DNA from: Trichoplax adhaerens
Lineage: Eukaryota > Animalia > Placozoa
DNA: 64,000 bases
Assembly (NCBI RefSeq): GCF_000150275.1
Contig: NW_002060943.1
Span: forward strand, 13,118,313 to 13,182,312
Direction of reading: 5' to 3'
The notes under the pieces were generated by a model, which made no database searches, was not told the origin of the DNA, and worked only from the letters and a program-made list of their open reading frames with translations. Both the position numbers and the translations under genes were made by a program. Positions 61,381-64,000 of the stretch are shown here, piece after piece; the first letter of the stretch is position 1, and every line of letters starts with the position of its first letter.

Positions 61381-62689
61381 AAAAAACTTAGAGCAGGAAA
61401 AGTATTCAGAGCTTGTAAGTCAGTAGATCATCAATTATTTTGCAATATGTACGTGGTAGAATACGTTAACTGAAGACTCAGTAATATGCCGACATAGTTA
61501 AAATGTACAATTCGGCAATTTACTGTAAATGTTTAGCTTACTACCAATATATGCGCAAATTTGCATACGAGACGGAAATTTTTGAATAGCAGTCTTGTGC
61601 ATTATTAAATTATCATTAAGAAATTGGAATATGGGATTAAAATTTGATATAAAAATGAATGAATTATTGCATCTAGTAATTTTATGAAATACCTAAGGGT
61701 ACATTTATTATAAATTGGATCCATACATATTTTCTAGATAACTTTATCCCAATAAAAAGTGTCGTAAATTTTAATAGATGAAAACTATGAACTAAAACAG
61801 TTACTTACTCGTTAACAATTGCAGCTGGTGACATTGATCATTGCTATTATGTTGAGCATAATGATAATAAAAGTTCTTATAACGAGAAAAATTGCATTGG
61901 ATGTTGTACACTATAAAAGAAGACAATAATATGGGGAATCGGTATACGTTATTGAAGTACTTTCTTTATTACTTTGTTTCATCATAAAATAGTTGTTTTA
62001 TGATATGGAACATTGGATAGTAATTTATATTTCAGAAAGAAATTTAGTATTTGACTTTGGCGTATTAATATTTAATAATACTATAAATGAATTTTTAATT
62101 TTCGGAGAAAATCGTTCTATTTATTATTGCTGATGTACAGCAAGTCAACTTTTATTAGTTTCTATGTTATGTACATTTTATTAACTGTTGCTATCGTTGA
62201 CTAATTTTTTCCCCACATGTAACCCATCTAACGGATATGATCACTGATTGCAATTTTATTATAAACAAAAATCATAGTGATGATATTTATTGCATAGATA
62301 GAAGCATTGCTTGTAGGATTAGACGCTGTTAGTTTTATTTTCAAGTTTTTGGATTGAAAACTTTAAGAATAGAGTTTTGTTTCAGTAAAAGCAAGCCCAT
62401 CCTTTCGTTAGGAAGAAAATGAGTTTGGCTGACATAATAATTTCTATTCCTTTCCTTTGAGCGAAGAGGCAATGTTTGATAAACAATCTTTGTCATAGTA
62501 ACGAAACACAATCTACTTTAATGAATATCATAAAATTTATATCAAATTAAAAGACCTCAATATTATTGAACGATTAATTTATAATTGTAGAAATATCGAT
62601 ACTCAAAAAATTTATACGTAGTATAAAATATTAAAATAGTTAATCTACTTTATTTAAGCATCGCATAATATGAATGTACTACATGGAAG

Positions 62690-63173
62690 GCTGTCTTTAT
62701 TTGACGATCATTGTTATTAACCGAAAGTATTAATAAACGGTTCATGTATAAACTCTTACTAGGTTTGATATTACGTCTGGTTGCTTCTCAAGCTGTGTTT
62801 TTGCTTAATGAAAAAAAGGCATGAAAGAACAATTAGTTAAGATAGTTAATAATTAATTAATGTATGCCTAGTTAAGTAAGTGATCTATGCTATAGAAAAT
62901 ACTCTATTGATATTAGATGGAAGGGTCATATGGAAACAATGTAGCAAGTGAAAGGTATTAGCTGTCTTAGCATAGTGATCATTGATATTAAGCAAAGATA
63001 TTGATCAAAGGTTCATTATATTAATCCAAGATATATTTTACATTGTATGCGATTACTTTTTAGGCTGTCTGGCTGTAGTTTTTAGCTAACGAAAAGAGCA
63101 GAATGGAAGATTAGTCAGTCGAGATAGTTCATAATTAATAAATATCTACATAGTTAAGTAAGTGATCTATGCT
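62690..63173. repeat. Diverged direct duplication, ~200-bp homologous blocks ~275 bp apart
   Basis: GCTGTCTT..GATCATTG.TATTAA and TAGTTAAGTAAGTGATCTATGCT each occur twice. Confidence 0.75.
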
Positions 63174-64000
63174 TACAATAATGAATGTAAGATATAACAT
63201 AGTAAGCACTGTGGCATAAATACTATTCAAATATATTTGCAATGACTCTGTTATGTGAATACTTGCCTAATTTTAATAATGGATTAAAAATTGGACGTGA
63301 TAATCTTGCAATACACTTATAAAATAATGGATTAAGTGTTTACTATAAGATGTCTTTTTAAATTGAGTCAAGATCCAGGACTTCTATAGTTTGTAATATC
63401 CATCGACATTAATTAAATGTGCCACAACGATTTTATTTATATATATATAGTAAAGTTAATGTTAGGTCATCAGTGGTATCTATAATACGAGATGAAGGTC
63501 GAAAGCTAGTACTTTGGTGAACGATTTGAATACTAGGTGCCTTATGCATGCTATTATTTTTAGGAGATAAAGTTTTTTTACTGTAAACTCTTGATGATCA
63601 AACCGCAATAGTAGGTTAACCGTTGCATTTCCTCGCTCGTGATACTTTGTGCAACTGGTTTATTGAGTATGATATTTCAGTTTATGCTGGGCAATTTATG
63701 CTACAATAATTTATTTGCCTAGAGCATATAGCATGCAAATTCAGTTAGCAGGGAGATCACATCGATTAATTGGAGGTGATGCAAGTGCACCAAATGCCAT
63801 TCTTAAATGCATATCGATAGTAGAGCGCTATGTTATAATCAGCATTCAATACATTAAGTAATGTTGTGTAAGCAATCACTGATTTGCAGAGATCGTCTTT
63901 GTAATAAAGTACTTATATCTACCATGGAATGATCATATGCATTGAATCAGGGTAGTAAAATGCATTTAATGCTAGTTTCCAGTGTATACCTGCAGTCAGA

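Overview
AT-rich eukaryotic (animal) genomic DNA with short GT-AG introns and three N-gaps. Base composition, intron size and gene content suggest a compact early-branching metazoan such as the placozoan Trichoplax; this is inference only. From left to right: (i) a duplication-rich region with an intact intronless ~400-aa protein I cannot assign to any family (6912-8126), a decayed paralog (11613-~12850), the 5' end of a further copy at the window edge, and an intronless class A GPCR that is present in only one copy of an old segmental duplication; (ii) two intact, spliced adenylate kinase 7 (AK7) paralogs of about 23-24 exons each, invisible to the ORF track, each with an RFX X-box upstream; (iii) between them, a spliced tandem-CARD pseudogene and five intronless RDH11/12/13-like short-chain dehydrogenase genes (4 intact, 1 pseudogene) with tandemly amplified promoter segments, a conserved nuclear-receptor-type inverted repeat, and a hypervariable patch at the catalytic Ser; (iv) tRNA-Ser(UGA), an intronless membrane-anchored GH13 alpha-glucosidase/SLC3A1-like gene, and a degenerate ~142-bp tandem array. 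No CRISPR array, rRNA or intact transposon was seen. Exon boundaries and alignments were read by eye and some may be off by a few bases.
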